Shown here piece by piece: positions 51,313-58,755 of a stretch of DNA of 64,000 nucleotides; within the stretch, counting starts at the first letter, position 1; the number at the start of each line of letters is the position of its first letter. This DNA is from Candidatus Dormiibacterota bacterium (lineage in GTDB: Bacteria > Chloroflexota > Dormibacteria > Aeolococcales > Aeolococcaceae): NCBI GenBank assembly GCA_963777285.1, contig CAVZPR010000002.1:1101972-1165971 (forward strand), in the 5' to 3' direction. Made by a program: the position numbers and the translations under genes. The notes under the pieces were generated by a model. The model was not told where the DNA came from. It saw only the letters and a list, made by a program, of their open reading frames with translations, and did not search any database.

Positions 51313-52220
51313 CGGTCGCGGTCAGCGTCGACACCGTGGTGCGGCGCCGCACGGCGGCGGTGCTGCGCGACTACCTCGCCCTCACGAAACCACGCGTGGT
51401 CGTCCTGCTCGAGGTCACAGCGATCGCCGCCATGGTGATGGCCAGCCGCGGCCTGCCGGACTGGAACGTGGCGGTCGCCACGGTGATCGGCGGCTGGCTG
51501 GCGGCCGCGGGCGCCAACGCCGTCAACTGCTGGTTCGACCGTGACATCGACGGCACCATGGCGCGCACCCGGCACCGCCCGCTGCCGTCTGGGCGGATCG
51601 AGCCGCACCAGGCACTCGCGTTTGGCATCACGCTCGCGGTGGCTTCGTTCGTGCTGCTGACGGCCGCCGTGAACCTCCTCGCAGCCAGCCTCACGATGGC
51701 TGCGTTTCTCTTCTACGTGCTCGTCTACACCATGTGGCTGAAGCGGTCGTCGATGCAGAACATCGTCATCGGCGGCGCCGCAGGCGCGATCCCGCCACTG
51801 GTCGGCTGGGCTGCGGTGCAGGGTCAGCTGACACTCACGGCCATCTTCCTGTTCGCCATCGTCTTCTACTGGACGCCACCCCACTTCTGGGCGCTGGCGC
51901 TGCTGGTGCGCGGCGACTACGCCAGAGCCGGCGTGCCCATGCTGCCCGTCGTCGCCGGTGACCGGCGCACGCGGCAGCAGATCGTGCTCTACACGCTGAT
52001 CCTCATCGTCGTGACCGTGCTGCCGCTGCTCACGCGATCGTTCGGCGTCGTGTACCTCGGCGGTGCCGCCGTGCTCGATGCCGTGCTGCTGGCGTATGCG
52101 GTCGATGCCGCCCGCCATCCGTCGGCACGTTCGGCACGACGGCTGTTCTACTACTCGATGCTGTACCTGGCGCTGCTCTTCGCGGTCATGGCCGCGGATC
52201 GGATCCTGATGAGCGGCTGA
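51309..52220 (+). CDS. ctaB: protoheme IX farnesyltransferase (heme O synthase)
   Basis: ATG 51309 overlaps the ctaA stop. It has ..YLALTKPRVV.., ..NCWFDRDIDGTMARTRHRPLPSGR.. and ..FFWTPPHFWALA-like VFYWTPPHFWALAL... Confidence 0.92.
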   Translation: MTVAVSVDTVVRRRTAAVLRDYLALTKPRVVVLLEVTAIAAMVMASRGLPDWNVAVATVIGGWLAAAGANAVNCWFDRDIDGTMARTRHRPLPSGRIEPHQALAFGITLAVASFVLLTAAVNLLAASLTMAAFLFYVLVYTMWLKRSSMQNIVIGGAAGAIPPLVGWAAVQGQLTLTAIFLFAIVFYWTPPHFWALALLVRGDYARAGVPMLPVVAGDRRTRQQIVLYTLILIVVTVLPLLTRSFGVVYLGGAAVLDAVLLAYAVDAARHPSARSARRLFYYSMLYLALLFAVMAADRILMSG

Positions 52221-52236
52221 GCGAAAGGAGAAGCTG

Positions 52237-52356
52237 ATGGACCGCAAGCTGGCGCGCAAGAACCTTCGTTTCGGGATCTCGCTCTTCATCCTGCTGCTGG
52301 CGCTCGTGGGCGCGACCTTCCTGTGGGCCACGATCTATCTGGGCGTCATCAAGTGA
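52237..52356 (+). CDS. putative 39-aa single-TM micro-protein
   Basis: GAAAGGAG lies 6 nt before the ATG. Translation is MDRKLARKNLRFGISLFILLLALVGATFLWATIYLGVIK. GC3 is high. It is below the ORF-track cut-off. Confidence 0.4.
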   Translation: MDRKLARKNLRFGISLFILLLALVGATFLWATIYLGVIK

Positions 52357-52360
52357 GGGG

Positions 52361-52645
52361 TTGCGCACGATGAGCGACGAGGAGAAGCGCGCCCACGACG
52401 CGGCTGCCGCGCCCGACGCCGGGGAGGCGCACAGCGAGATCCACCTGCCGCCGAACAGCATGGCGCCTGTGCTGGTGGCCCTGTCGCTCGCCGTCCTGTT
52501 CGTCGGATTCCTGACCGACATCCGCAACACGATCGGTCCGTGGATGTGGCTGGCGGGGCTGCTGGGCCTGATAGCGACGTGTGCCTCGTGGGCTCGGTCA
52601 GCGCGGCGCGAATACCTCGAGCTGCCAGAGGACTCGCAGCACTGA
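52361..52645 (+). CDS. small two-TM protein, possible oxidase subunit IV-like component
   Basis: 94 aa with ..IHLPPNSMAPVLVALSLAVLFVGFL.. and ..WMWLAGLLGLIATCASW... It lies between ctaB and ctaG. The subunit assignment is an inference from context. Confidence 0.5.
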   Translation: MRTMSDEEKRAHDAAAAPDAGEAHSEIHLPPNSMAPVLVALSLAVLFVGFLTDIRNTIGPWMWLAGLLGLIATCASWARSARREYLELPEDSQH

Positions 52646-53496
52646 CGGGTCACCTCGGCATCGGCGACTGGTCGCTCGACCCGACGGTCTTCTGCGGCCT
52701 CGTCGCCCTCGCGGTCGGGTACTGGCTGGCGTGGCGGCGCGGGCTGCTCTCGCCGGCAGACGACGTGAGCCCCTGGTTCCGCAACCCGCGCACGCGTGCC
52801 GTCATGTTCGCGCTCGGTTTGCTCACAGCCGTCATCGCGCTGGAGTCGCCGATAGACCGCGGTGGTGACCTCTATCTCTTCTCGCTGCACATGGTGCAGC
52901 ACCTGCTGCTGATGATGGTCGCGCCGCCGTTGATGCTGCTGGGCATCTGCGGCGCGACACCGCCTCCGAGGGCGCGCTTCGCGCGCCTGCGCCGCGCCTG
53001 GTGGGCGCTCACCCGTCCGTGGCCGGCCGTGCTGCTCTTCAACTCGGTGATGCTTGTCTGGCACATCCCCGCCCTGTACGACACGACGCTCACCGTCGAG
53101 CCTGTGCACATCCTGGAGCACCTCAGCTTCATGGCTGTCGGTGTTGTCTTCTGGTGGGCGATCGTCGATCCGATCCGTGGGCCGCGGACGGTGACGGTGA
53201 CACCGTTGACGAAGATCGCTGCGCTGGTGGTGTCGGGCATCCCACCCACCGTGCTGGGACTGATCTTCGCGCTCTCGCGCACGCCGTTCTACGCCTACTA
53301 CGTGCGCGCGCCGCGGCTGTGGGGCGTGTCCGCTCTCTTCGACCAGCAGATCGGCGGCGTCATCATGCTGGGGCTGGGAAACATCATCTACTTCGTCGCG
53401 ATCGTGATCATCTTCATGCGCCTCCTCGGCGACGCTGCCAAGGACGAGGAGGAGGCGGCGGCACGGCTCGCAGGGGCTTTTCACCTTGGCGGGTGA
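52540..53496 (+). CDS. ctaG: cytochrome c oxidase assembly factor CtaG (caa3_CtaG family)
   Basis: It has ..DWSLDPTVFCGLVALAVGYW.., ..LHMVQHLLLMMVAPPLMLLG.. and ..FWWAIVDP... The start is uncertain (ATG 52540 or GTG 52588); either one overlaps the upstream gene. Confidence 0.8.
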   Translation: MDVAGGAAGPDSDVCLVGSVSAARIPRAARGLAALTGHLGIGDWSLDPTVFCGLVALAVGYWLAWRRGLLSPADDVSPWFRNPRTRAVMFALGLLTAVIALESPIDRGGDLYLFSLHMVQHLLLMMVAPPLMLLGICGATPPPRARFARLRRAWWALTRPWPAVLLFNSVMLVWHIPALYDTTLTVEPVHILEHLSFMAVGVVFWWAIVDPIRGPRTVTVTPLTKIAALVVSGIPPTVLGLIFALSRTPFYAYYVRAPRLWGVSALFDQQIGGVIMLGLGNIIYFVAIVIIFMRLLGDAAKDEEEAAARLAGAFHLGG

Positions 53497-53598
53497 GACG
53501 TGGCGGCGAGCCGATTTCTTAGGATGGGTGTCGTTCCACCTGTGTCCCGGTCGGTCACGTTCCGCTGGCGGGCGCGGCTGCCGTATTCGAGGAGCACG

Positions 53599-54114
53599 AT
53601 GAAACGTCTGGTCCCGCTGCGCCCTCTGCTCGTGGCCGCAAGCGCGTCGGCGGCCTTCGCGCTCACCGCGTGCGGCAACGGACCACCTGGGACCAGCGGC
53701 AGCAGCAGCGGCTCCGGCACCTGTTCGCTGGGCAGCGACGGCTCCAGCCTGGGGACGGCTCAGGTCAAGATCGCGGCGACCGACGCGCTGGCCTTCTCGC
53801 CGTCGACCCAGACGGTCCAGGCAGGCCAGGTCGTGGAGTGGAGCACCTCCGGGTCCGTGGGCCACACGCTGTTGTTCCACGGCGCCGCCGCATGCTTGAC
53901 CCCGGACAACCCCGAGGCGCTCAACCCCGGTGGAGGGTCGGGCTGGGAGATCAAGTTCACCCAGGCCGGTACCTACACGTACGAGTGCACGATCCACGCC
54001 GGGATGACCGGGACGATCACCGTCACAGGGTCGGCCCCCAGCGGCGGCAGTCCGGGGGCGAGCTCGAGCCCGGGCACCAGTCCAAGCGCCAGCGCGAGCG
54101 CCAGCCCAAGCTGA
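53599..54114 (+). CDS. cupredoxin (plastocyanin/amicyanin-like blue copper) lipoprotein
   Basis: ATG 53599 follows GAGGAG. It has a lipobox ..AAFALTACG.. and type-1 Cu ligands GHTLLFH and YECTIHAGM (C-x2-H-x2-M). The C-terminal tail is Ser/Pro/Ala-rich. Confidence 0.8.
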   Translation: MKRLVPLRPLLVAASASAAFALTACGNGPPGTSGSSSGSGTCSLGSDGSSLGTAQVKIAATDALAFSPSTQTVQAGQVVEWSTSGSVGHTLLFHGAAACLTPDNPEALNPGGGSGWEIKFTQAGTYTYECTIHAGMTGTITVTGSAPSGGSPGASSSPGTSPSASASASPS

Positions 54115-54194
54115 GGCGGCGCCGTCCGCGGCGCGTCCGTCCTTGCCTGCGACGTTGGCAGGGTGAGGCCGAAGCAGAAGCAGAGGACGAACCC

Positions 54195-54959
54195 CTACGA
54201 CCCCTCCCGCGGGTGCACGCTGACGTCGCCGGCGACGACGCGCTGCACGCCGGATGGCGTCTCCACCAGCAGGGCTCCGTCATCCGCGATGTCGAGCGCC
54301 ACGCCGGTCACCTCTCCGCCGGGTGTGGCGACCGTGACGGCCCGGCCCAGGCCGACAGCTACGCGCCGCCACCGCGGCAGCAGCGCCGGCAGCCCGCCAT
54401 CCTCGAGGGTCGCGCAGCACCCGTCGAGAGCAACGAGCCAGGCGTCGAGCACGGCGTCGCCATCCGGAGGCGTCGGAATCAGCCGGTGCAGGCTCACGCC
54501 GGCGATGCCGGCGGGGAAGCCCGGCACCGTGAGGTTCAGGCCGAGCCCGACGACCGCCGCGGTCTGCGGCCCAGCGGCGGGCACCAGCTCGACGAGGATG
54601 CCGGCGAGCTTGCCGTCGCCCACCAGGACGTCGTTGGGCCACTTCAGCCCCACGACCAGCCCGAAGAGGTCACGCAGGGCGTCCGCCACAGCGACGCCTG
54701 CGGCGATGGGCAGGCCGGAGGCCGCCGCCGGGGAGGTTCGGATCAGGACGGAAGCGAGCAGGCCGGTCCCCGGCGGCGCAATCCAGCTGCGGTCCAGCCG
54801 CCCGCGCCCCGCCGTCTGCTCGGCAGCGACGCAGCAGAGGCCGTCGGCGGCACCCGCCAGGGCGGCCTTGCGGACCACGTCCTGGGTGCTGCCGGTGCGA
54901 GCCAGGCGGTGGATGGCGAAATGTCGTTTCTTGACCACGAAGTCCTGTGGCAATAGCAT
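54195..54959 (-). CDS. birA: biotin--[acetyl-CoA-carboxylase] ligase (group I, no N-terminal HTH)
   Basis: ATG at 54959 (MLLPQDF). It has ..STQDVV.., ..AAEQTAGRGRLDRSW.. and ..LKWPNDVLVGDGKLAGILVE... Confidence 0.9.
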   Translation of the reverse strand: MLLPQDFVVKKRHFAIHRLARTGSTQDVVRKAALAGAADGLCCVAAEQTAGRGRLDRSWIAPPGTGLLASVLIRTSPAAASGLPIAAGVAVADALRDLFGLVVGLKWPNDVLVGDGKLAGILVELVPAAGPQTAAVVGLGLNLTVPGFPAGIAGVSLHRLIPTPPDGDAVLDAWLVALDGCCATLEDGGLPALLPRWRRVAVGLGRAVTVATPGGEVTGVALDIADDGALLVETPSGVQRVVAGDVSVHPREGS

Positions 54960-54989
54960 GTTTCGGCAGCCGAGGGAGCACGGCAGGGG

Positions 54990-55307
54990 GTGGTTGGAAT
55001 GATCCAGGAGACATGCCTCGAGATCGGGGAACTCGAGGAGCACTGGCAGGCTCAGAAGCGAGCGCGCGCGGCGCGTCGCGAGAAGATCCACTACATCGAC
55101 GAGATGATCGAGGACTTCGAGAAGCTCAATCTCGCCGACGAGGCGGAGGTGCCACACGAGCTGATCGGGCGCGCCTCGCGTCTGCTGTCCAGCGAAGGGC
55201 ATCCGATGGCCGCGCGACCACCGGCCCAGGTGGTGATCGCGGAGTGGATGGATGCGCTCTACGACGTGCAGGACACGCTCATGTTCCCGGGGGACGACGC
55301 GGACTGA
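54990..55307 (+). CDS. hypothetical acidic helical protein
   Basis: 105-aa ORF divergent from birA, with GTG 54990 or ATG 54999 as start. Translation includes ..ELEEHWQAQKRARAARREKIHYIDEMIEDFEKLNLADE... No motif recognised. Confidence 0.45.
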   Translation: MVGMIQETCLEIGELEEHWQAQKRARAARREKIHYIDEMIEDFEKLNLADEAEVPHELIGRASRLLSSEGHPMAARPPAQVVIAEWMDALYDVQDTLMFPGDDAD

Positions 55308-55371
55308 CCCCGGCGGCCGCGTGCGTGGCCCGTCCGTATACTCGATGATGTGACGGGCGGTGACCGTCCAT

Positions 55372-55435
<64 letters not shown>

Positions 55436-55447
<12 letters not shown>

Positions 55448-55492
55448 GTCTTGACCGTGTACGAACCCCTGCCCCGTATAGGTTCCGGCCGA
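55436..55492 (-). repeat. repeat family copy R5 (overlaps tRNA-Arg 3' end and downstream flank)
   Basis: The reverse complement of 55441-55475 reads CAGGGGTTCGTACACGGTCAAGACTGGTACG, which matches the core of R1-R3. TGGTACG is the antisense of the tRNA acceptor/CCA end. Confidence 0.55.
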
Positions 55493-55499
55493 TGCCGAT

Positions 55500-56124
55500 A
55501 ACGGACTTCCGTTTGCGGTCGCCCCACAGTCTGGCATGGGCACTCGAAAGCGCGCGGCGTGATCTTCGTGGGACTCTCGATGCGGATCTCCTCGATCAGG
55601 TGGCGCAGCAGTGCCTTGCGTCCCTCCACATCGTCGCCGGCCTGATCGAAGAGGCGAGTGAACTTATTATGGGCAGCTTCTGGCGGCGCCGCCAGCCCTG
55701 CGCTGCGTGCACGCGTCAGGTTGTGTACATCGTCGGAGTAGCTGAGGTCGCGCTTGACGAGGACGCCGCGCGGCACGCTCAACCTTCCGTGGACCGAACT
55801 CCCGTAGGGCGGCGAGGTGAGGACCATGGCGCAACGCCTTTCCAGCGACCTCAGCAGCAGCGAGCCATCTCGCGAGCGCCGCCCAGGACGACGTGTCCGC
55901 GCGCTGACGCACGAGTGCCTCGGCGAGCGCGACATTCGCTCCGGCGCGCGGCGCCCAGCGCCGTTGGTACTCCACACCCACCGCTTCACGGCCGAGGTGC
56001 ACTCACGAGCGAGGGCGGAATTCGAGATGGACCAGGATCTCGCAGCTGGCCCTGGGGCCGGGGCCTGTTGACCACAGGGAGGCTCAACGATGCGAAACCT
56101 CGGTTCCACCAAGCAAGGAGCCAT
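55500..56124 (-). pseudogene. decayed methyltransferase fragment fused to a recombinase-like C-terminal fragment
   Basis: The minus-strand frames give ..HLGREAVGVEY..ANVALAEA.. (SAM-MTase motif I region) and, after a frame change, ..GSLLLRSLERRCAMVLTSPPYGSSVHG.. (motif IV). Next comes ..GRKALLRHLIEEIRIESPTKITP.., which resembles the tails of large serine recombinases (weak). The ORF then runs into tRNA antisense. Confidence 0.4.
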
Positions 56125-56184
56125 CGACGCTACGGTCGGCCTGTTGCAGTCGGGCAGGCGGTAACTGTAGACTAACCGTCAGCG

Positions 56185-56502
56185 ATGGCTTACGGTTCTG
56201 CAGCGTGGGTCGCACTGGGTGAACCGACCCGACTCGCGATCTTGGAACGGCTGCTGGAGCAGCCCCGCGCGGTCGTGGAGCTCGCCGGCGAGTTGCCGGT
56301 CAGCAGACCAGCCGTCTCCCAGCATCTGCGCGTGCTGAAAGAGGCCGGCCTCGTTCTCGACGTCGCCATGGGCAGTCGTCGCATCTACCGCGTGAACCCT
56401 GAGGGAATCGCAGCCCTGCGCGCGGACCTCGATCGTTTCTGGAAGCAAGCGCTCGACGCATACAAGGCGACTGTCGAGCAACCAAGGAGGAGCCATGAGT
56501 GA
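56185..56502 (+). CDS. ArsR/SmtB-family transcriptional regulator
   Basis: It has ..LGEPTRLAILERLLEQPRAVVELAGELPVSRPAVSQHLRVLKEAGLV..RRIYRVN.., a classic wHTH. Confidence 0.9.
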   Translation: MAYGSAAWVALGEPTRLAILERLLEQPRAVVELAGELPVSRPAVSQHLRVLKEAGLVLDVAMGSRRIYRVNPEGIAALRADLDRFWKQALDAYKATVEQPRRSHE

Positions 56503-56986
56503 GGCAGTTGAATTCACCAGCGTCAGGCATTCGGTTTCCGTGGATGCGCCCATCGACCGCGCATTCAGTGTCTTCACCCAGGGCATGAGCAGCTTCAAGC
56601 CACCCGAGCACAACATGCTCAGCGTCGATATCGCTGAGACCGTTTTCGAACCGCGCGTCGGAGGACACCTCTATGACCGAGGTGTCGATGGAAGTCAGTG
56701 CCGTTGGGCTCGCGTGCTGGCGTACGAACCTCCGCAGCGGGTGGTGTTCAGCTGGGACATCAGCCCATCCTGGCAGCTGGAACGCGACCCCGCGAAGACA
56801 AGCGAGGTGGAGGTCCGCTTCGTCGCCGAGTCACCGGAGCGAACCAGGGTGGAGCTCGAGCATCGCAACATCGAACGCCACGGCGAAGGCTGGGAGAGCG
56901 TGCGCGACGGCGTGGACAACGAACAGGGATGGCCGTTGTACCTGCAACGGTTTGCCGCGTTGTTCGCTGAGAAGGCTCGGGCATGA
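56495..56986 (+). CDS. SRPBCC (AHSA1/START-like) family protein
   Basis: It overlaps the arsR stop by 8 nt, the common ArsR-SRPBCC pair. It has ..VSVDAPIDRAFSVFT.., ..WARVLAYEPPQRVVFSW.. and ..TRVELEHRN... Confidence 0.85.
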   Translation: MSEAVEFTSVRHSVSVDAPIDRAFSVFTQGMSSFKPPEHNMLSVDIAETVFEPRVGGHLYDRGVDGSQCRWARVLAYEPPQRVVFSWDISPSWQLERDPAKTSEVEVRFVAESPERTRVELEHRNIERHGEGWESVRDGVDNEQGWPLYLQRFAALFAEKARA

Positions 56987-57122
56987 TGCTCGCCTCGTCG
57001 ATCGATGTCGACCGTGCCGCGGAAGAGGTGTTCGCCTACGCCACGTTGACCTTATTCGTTCGGCACGGGGAAGTTCACCGCTCGCCCACCAACGCCGCAA
57101 CATTGACCAGGACCCGAACATA
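56984..57122 (+). pseudogene. truncated N-terminal fragment of a second SRPBCC gene
   Basis: Translation MMLASSIDVDRAAEEVFAYAT.. is the typical SRPBCC N-terminus. It degenerates and stops after 46 codons, ~40 nt before repeat copy R1. Confidence 0.3.
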
Positions 57123-57164
57123 GACGGATTCGAACTACCGGCAGGGAAGCTGGAGCCGGACCAC

Positions 57165-57232
57165 CGCCCCAGCCACGATTGCAAGGGGTTCATACGAGGT
57201 CACGCTGGGCGTACGTTCATCAAATGTTCATG
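57165..57232 (+). repeat. repeat family copy R1
   Basis: Sequence AGCCACGATTGCAAGGGGTTCATACGAGGTCACGCTGGGCGTACGTTCATCAAATGTTCATG. It is near-identical in blocks to R2 and R3. Confidence 0.7.
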
Positions 57233-57332
57233 CCCGCTGCACGTCCAGCGTTAGGTTCGAGTGATGCCAGAGCGCTCGCCAGTTCGACGAGGTTCGGGCA
57301 TCGCCACTCAGGCAAGCCATTGCGAGGTGATC

Positions 57333-57836
57333 ATGACGGCGAACGTGATCCGCGCGGAGGTCGATGGTGCGTTCCCTCGGCGGCGAATTCGGAGAGCATG
57401 GCGGACGCCCTCACGCACTTACCATGAATCCTTTCATGGACGCCGCACAGGGAGCAGGGCCGTGGAGCTCGGAAACGCGATCATCGTCGATCGGCTCGAC
57501 ACGCTCGAGCTTGGCGGCCTGGGGGCCGCTGCCGCCGCCGTCTACAACAAGGACGTCGAGATCAAGGCGCTCTTCGAGGACCCGGTGTCCGGTGAAGAGC
57601 ACTACCTGATCCGCTACCCCGCAGGCGTCAAGGCCCGGCTGCACCGTCATACGGCAGCGCACACATTCGTGATCCTTCAGGGGCATCTGTCTGCCAACGG
57701 CACGATCATCGGGCCCGGCTCCTACGCGCACTTCCCTGGAGGTGAGCCGATGCGCCACGAGGCAGCGGGAGACGAGCCCTGCCTCTTTGTGGCCCTTTTT
57801 CATGGACCGTTCGACGTCGAGGTGGTCGGCGACTGA
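57333..57836 (+). CDS. cupin-domain protein
   Basis: It has the cupin core ..HYLIRYPAGVKARLHRHTAAHTFVILQGHL..GPGSYAHFPGGEPMRH... The start is uncertain: ATG 57333, or GTG 57462 preceded by GGGAG. Coding signal is weak before 57462. Confidence 0.6.
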   Translation: MTANVIRAEVDGAFPRRRIRRAWRTPSRTYHESFHGRRTGSRAVELGNAIIVDRLDTLELGGLGAAAAAVYNKDVEIKALFEDPVSGEEHYLIRYPAGVKARLHRHTAAHTFVILQGHLSANGTIIGPGSYAHFPGGEPMRHEAAGDEPCLFVALFHGPFDVEVVGD

Positions 57837-57927
57837 TGCCGAGGTCGGCCGGCGTGTGAGCGCTGGTGGGTCAGGGCTGGGGCGACACATCCCAGCTAGC
57901 GCCCGCGCAGGAGAATATGAAAGCTGA

Positions 57928-58028
57928 CCCGGCCACGATCGCGCAGGGTTCGTACGAGGTCAAGCTGGGTGTACGTTCACGAAACGTACATCCCTCACCT
58001 CGTTTTCGACCACGAATGTTTCATGAAC
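57928..58028 (+). repeat. repeat family copy R2 (longest; carries an internal palindrome)
   Basis: Sequence GGCCACGATCGCGCAGGGTTCGTACGAGGTCAAGCTGGGTGTACGTTCACGAAACGTACATCCCTCACCTCGTTTTCGACCACGAATGTTTCATGAAC. Relative to R1 it has a ~32-nt insertion between GTACGTTCAC and GAATGTTTCATG. Confidence 0.7.
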
Positions 58029-58112
58029 GGGGCTCGGTGCGCCACGTCGCCGGCCGGAGCGGCTGGCCCCGGCCGCCGCCAGGCGCGCCCCAAGCGAAGC
58101 AGAGGAGGCTGA

Positions 58113-58712
58113 ATGGGACGCATCGTCGTTATGAACCATGTGACGTTGGATGGGGTGATGCAGGGGCCTGGACGTCCCGACGAGGACACGCGGGGCAGAT
58201 TCACGCATGGCGGTTGGGGGCACCGGTCCACAGCGCCCGGCGACGCTGCCGGCAAGGCGATGGGCGAGCGGATGGCGGCCGGCGGCGGGTTGGCAGGATG
58301 GCTGTTCGGCCGGCGCACCTACGAGGGTTTGCTGAGCTATTGGAACCAGCAGCCAGACAGCCCCTTCGCGCCGATGCTCAACAACGCTCCCAAGTACGTG
58401 GTGTCGACCACGCTCACCGAACCGCTCCCGTGGCCCAACTCCACGCTGCTGCGCGCTGACGTGGCTGACTCCGTGGGCACTCTCAAGGCTCAGGTCGGTG
58501 GCGTTCTGGCGATCATGGGCAGCGGTGAGCTGATCGGCTCGCTGATGGCTGCGGATCTCATCGACGAATACCTGCTGATGATCCATCCACTGGTGCTCGG
58601 CAGCGGGCGGCGGCTGTTCCCGGAAAAGGTGGAGGTATCGCTGCGGCTTGTCGACAGCGTGGCAACGCCCACTGGGGTGCTGATCGCTACTTACGAGCCG
58701 GCGAGGGACTGA
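58113..58712 (+). CDS. dihydrofolate reductase-like protein (RibD C-terminal domain family)
   Basis: It has MGRIVVMNHVTLDGVMQGPG.., ..LFGRRTYEGL.., ..KYVVSTTL.. and ..DEYLLMIHPLVLGSGRRLF... GAGGAGG lies 6 nt upstream of the ATG. Confidence 0.85.
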   Translation: MGRIVVMNHVTLDGVMQGPGRPDEDTRGRFTHGGWGHRSTAPGDAAGKAMGERMAAGGGLAGWLFGRRTYEGLLSYWNQQPDSPFAPMLNNAPKYVVSTTLTEPLPWPNSTLLRADVADSVGTLKAQVGGVLAIMGSGELIGSLMAADLIDEYLLMIHPLVLGSGRRLFPEKVEVSLRLVDSVATPTGVLIATYEPARD

Positions 58713-58755
58713 CGAAGGCCAGCCGCCGGTCCTGCCACGAACTTGAGCGACCAGG

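Noticed and set aside
49897-53997. Very long minus-strand ORFs (49897-51168, 50826-52331, 52186-53997) across ctaD-ctaA-ctaB-ctaG
   Set aside because: They are antisense to genes with strong family motifs. The translations are dominated by Arg, His, Asp, Gly and Glu, with no TM or domain pattern.
54040-54114. Short periodic Ser/Pro/Ala-encoding repeats (..AGCGCCAGCGCGAGCGCCAGCCCAAGC..) as a possible tandem-repeat or CRISPR-like array
   Set aside because: They lie inside the cupredoxin ORF and encode a low-complexity SPSASASASPS tail. There is no repeat-spacer organisation.
57246-57262. GTTAGGT just after R1 as an integron attC core site (GTTRRRY)
   Set aside because: It is a single 7-mer match. 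There is no paired inverse core site, no attC-like imperfect palindrome at the other copies and no intI integrase in the window.
57165-58028. Idea that R1 and R2 are riboswitches (ZTP, THF or guanidine type) controlling the cupin and DHFR-like genes
   Set aside because: Only a short CGCTGGGCG resemblance to the ZTP 3' motif exists. The characteristic conserved helices and loops of those classes are absent. The stems in R2 are not conserved in R1 or R3, and R3 has no downstream gene.
57866-58459. 197-aa ORF spanning repeat R2 and overlapping the DHFR-like gene out of frame
   Set aside because: Its composition is Arg/Gly/Pro-rich. It conflicts with a gene that has clear family motifs and its own Shine-Dalgarno. 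The conserved peptide-like reading of the repeat is better explained as a relic.
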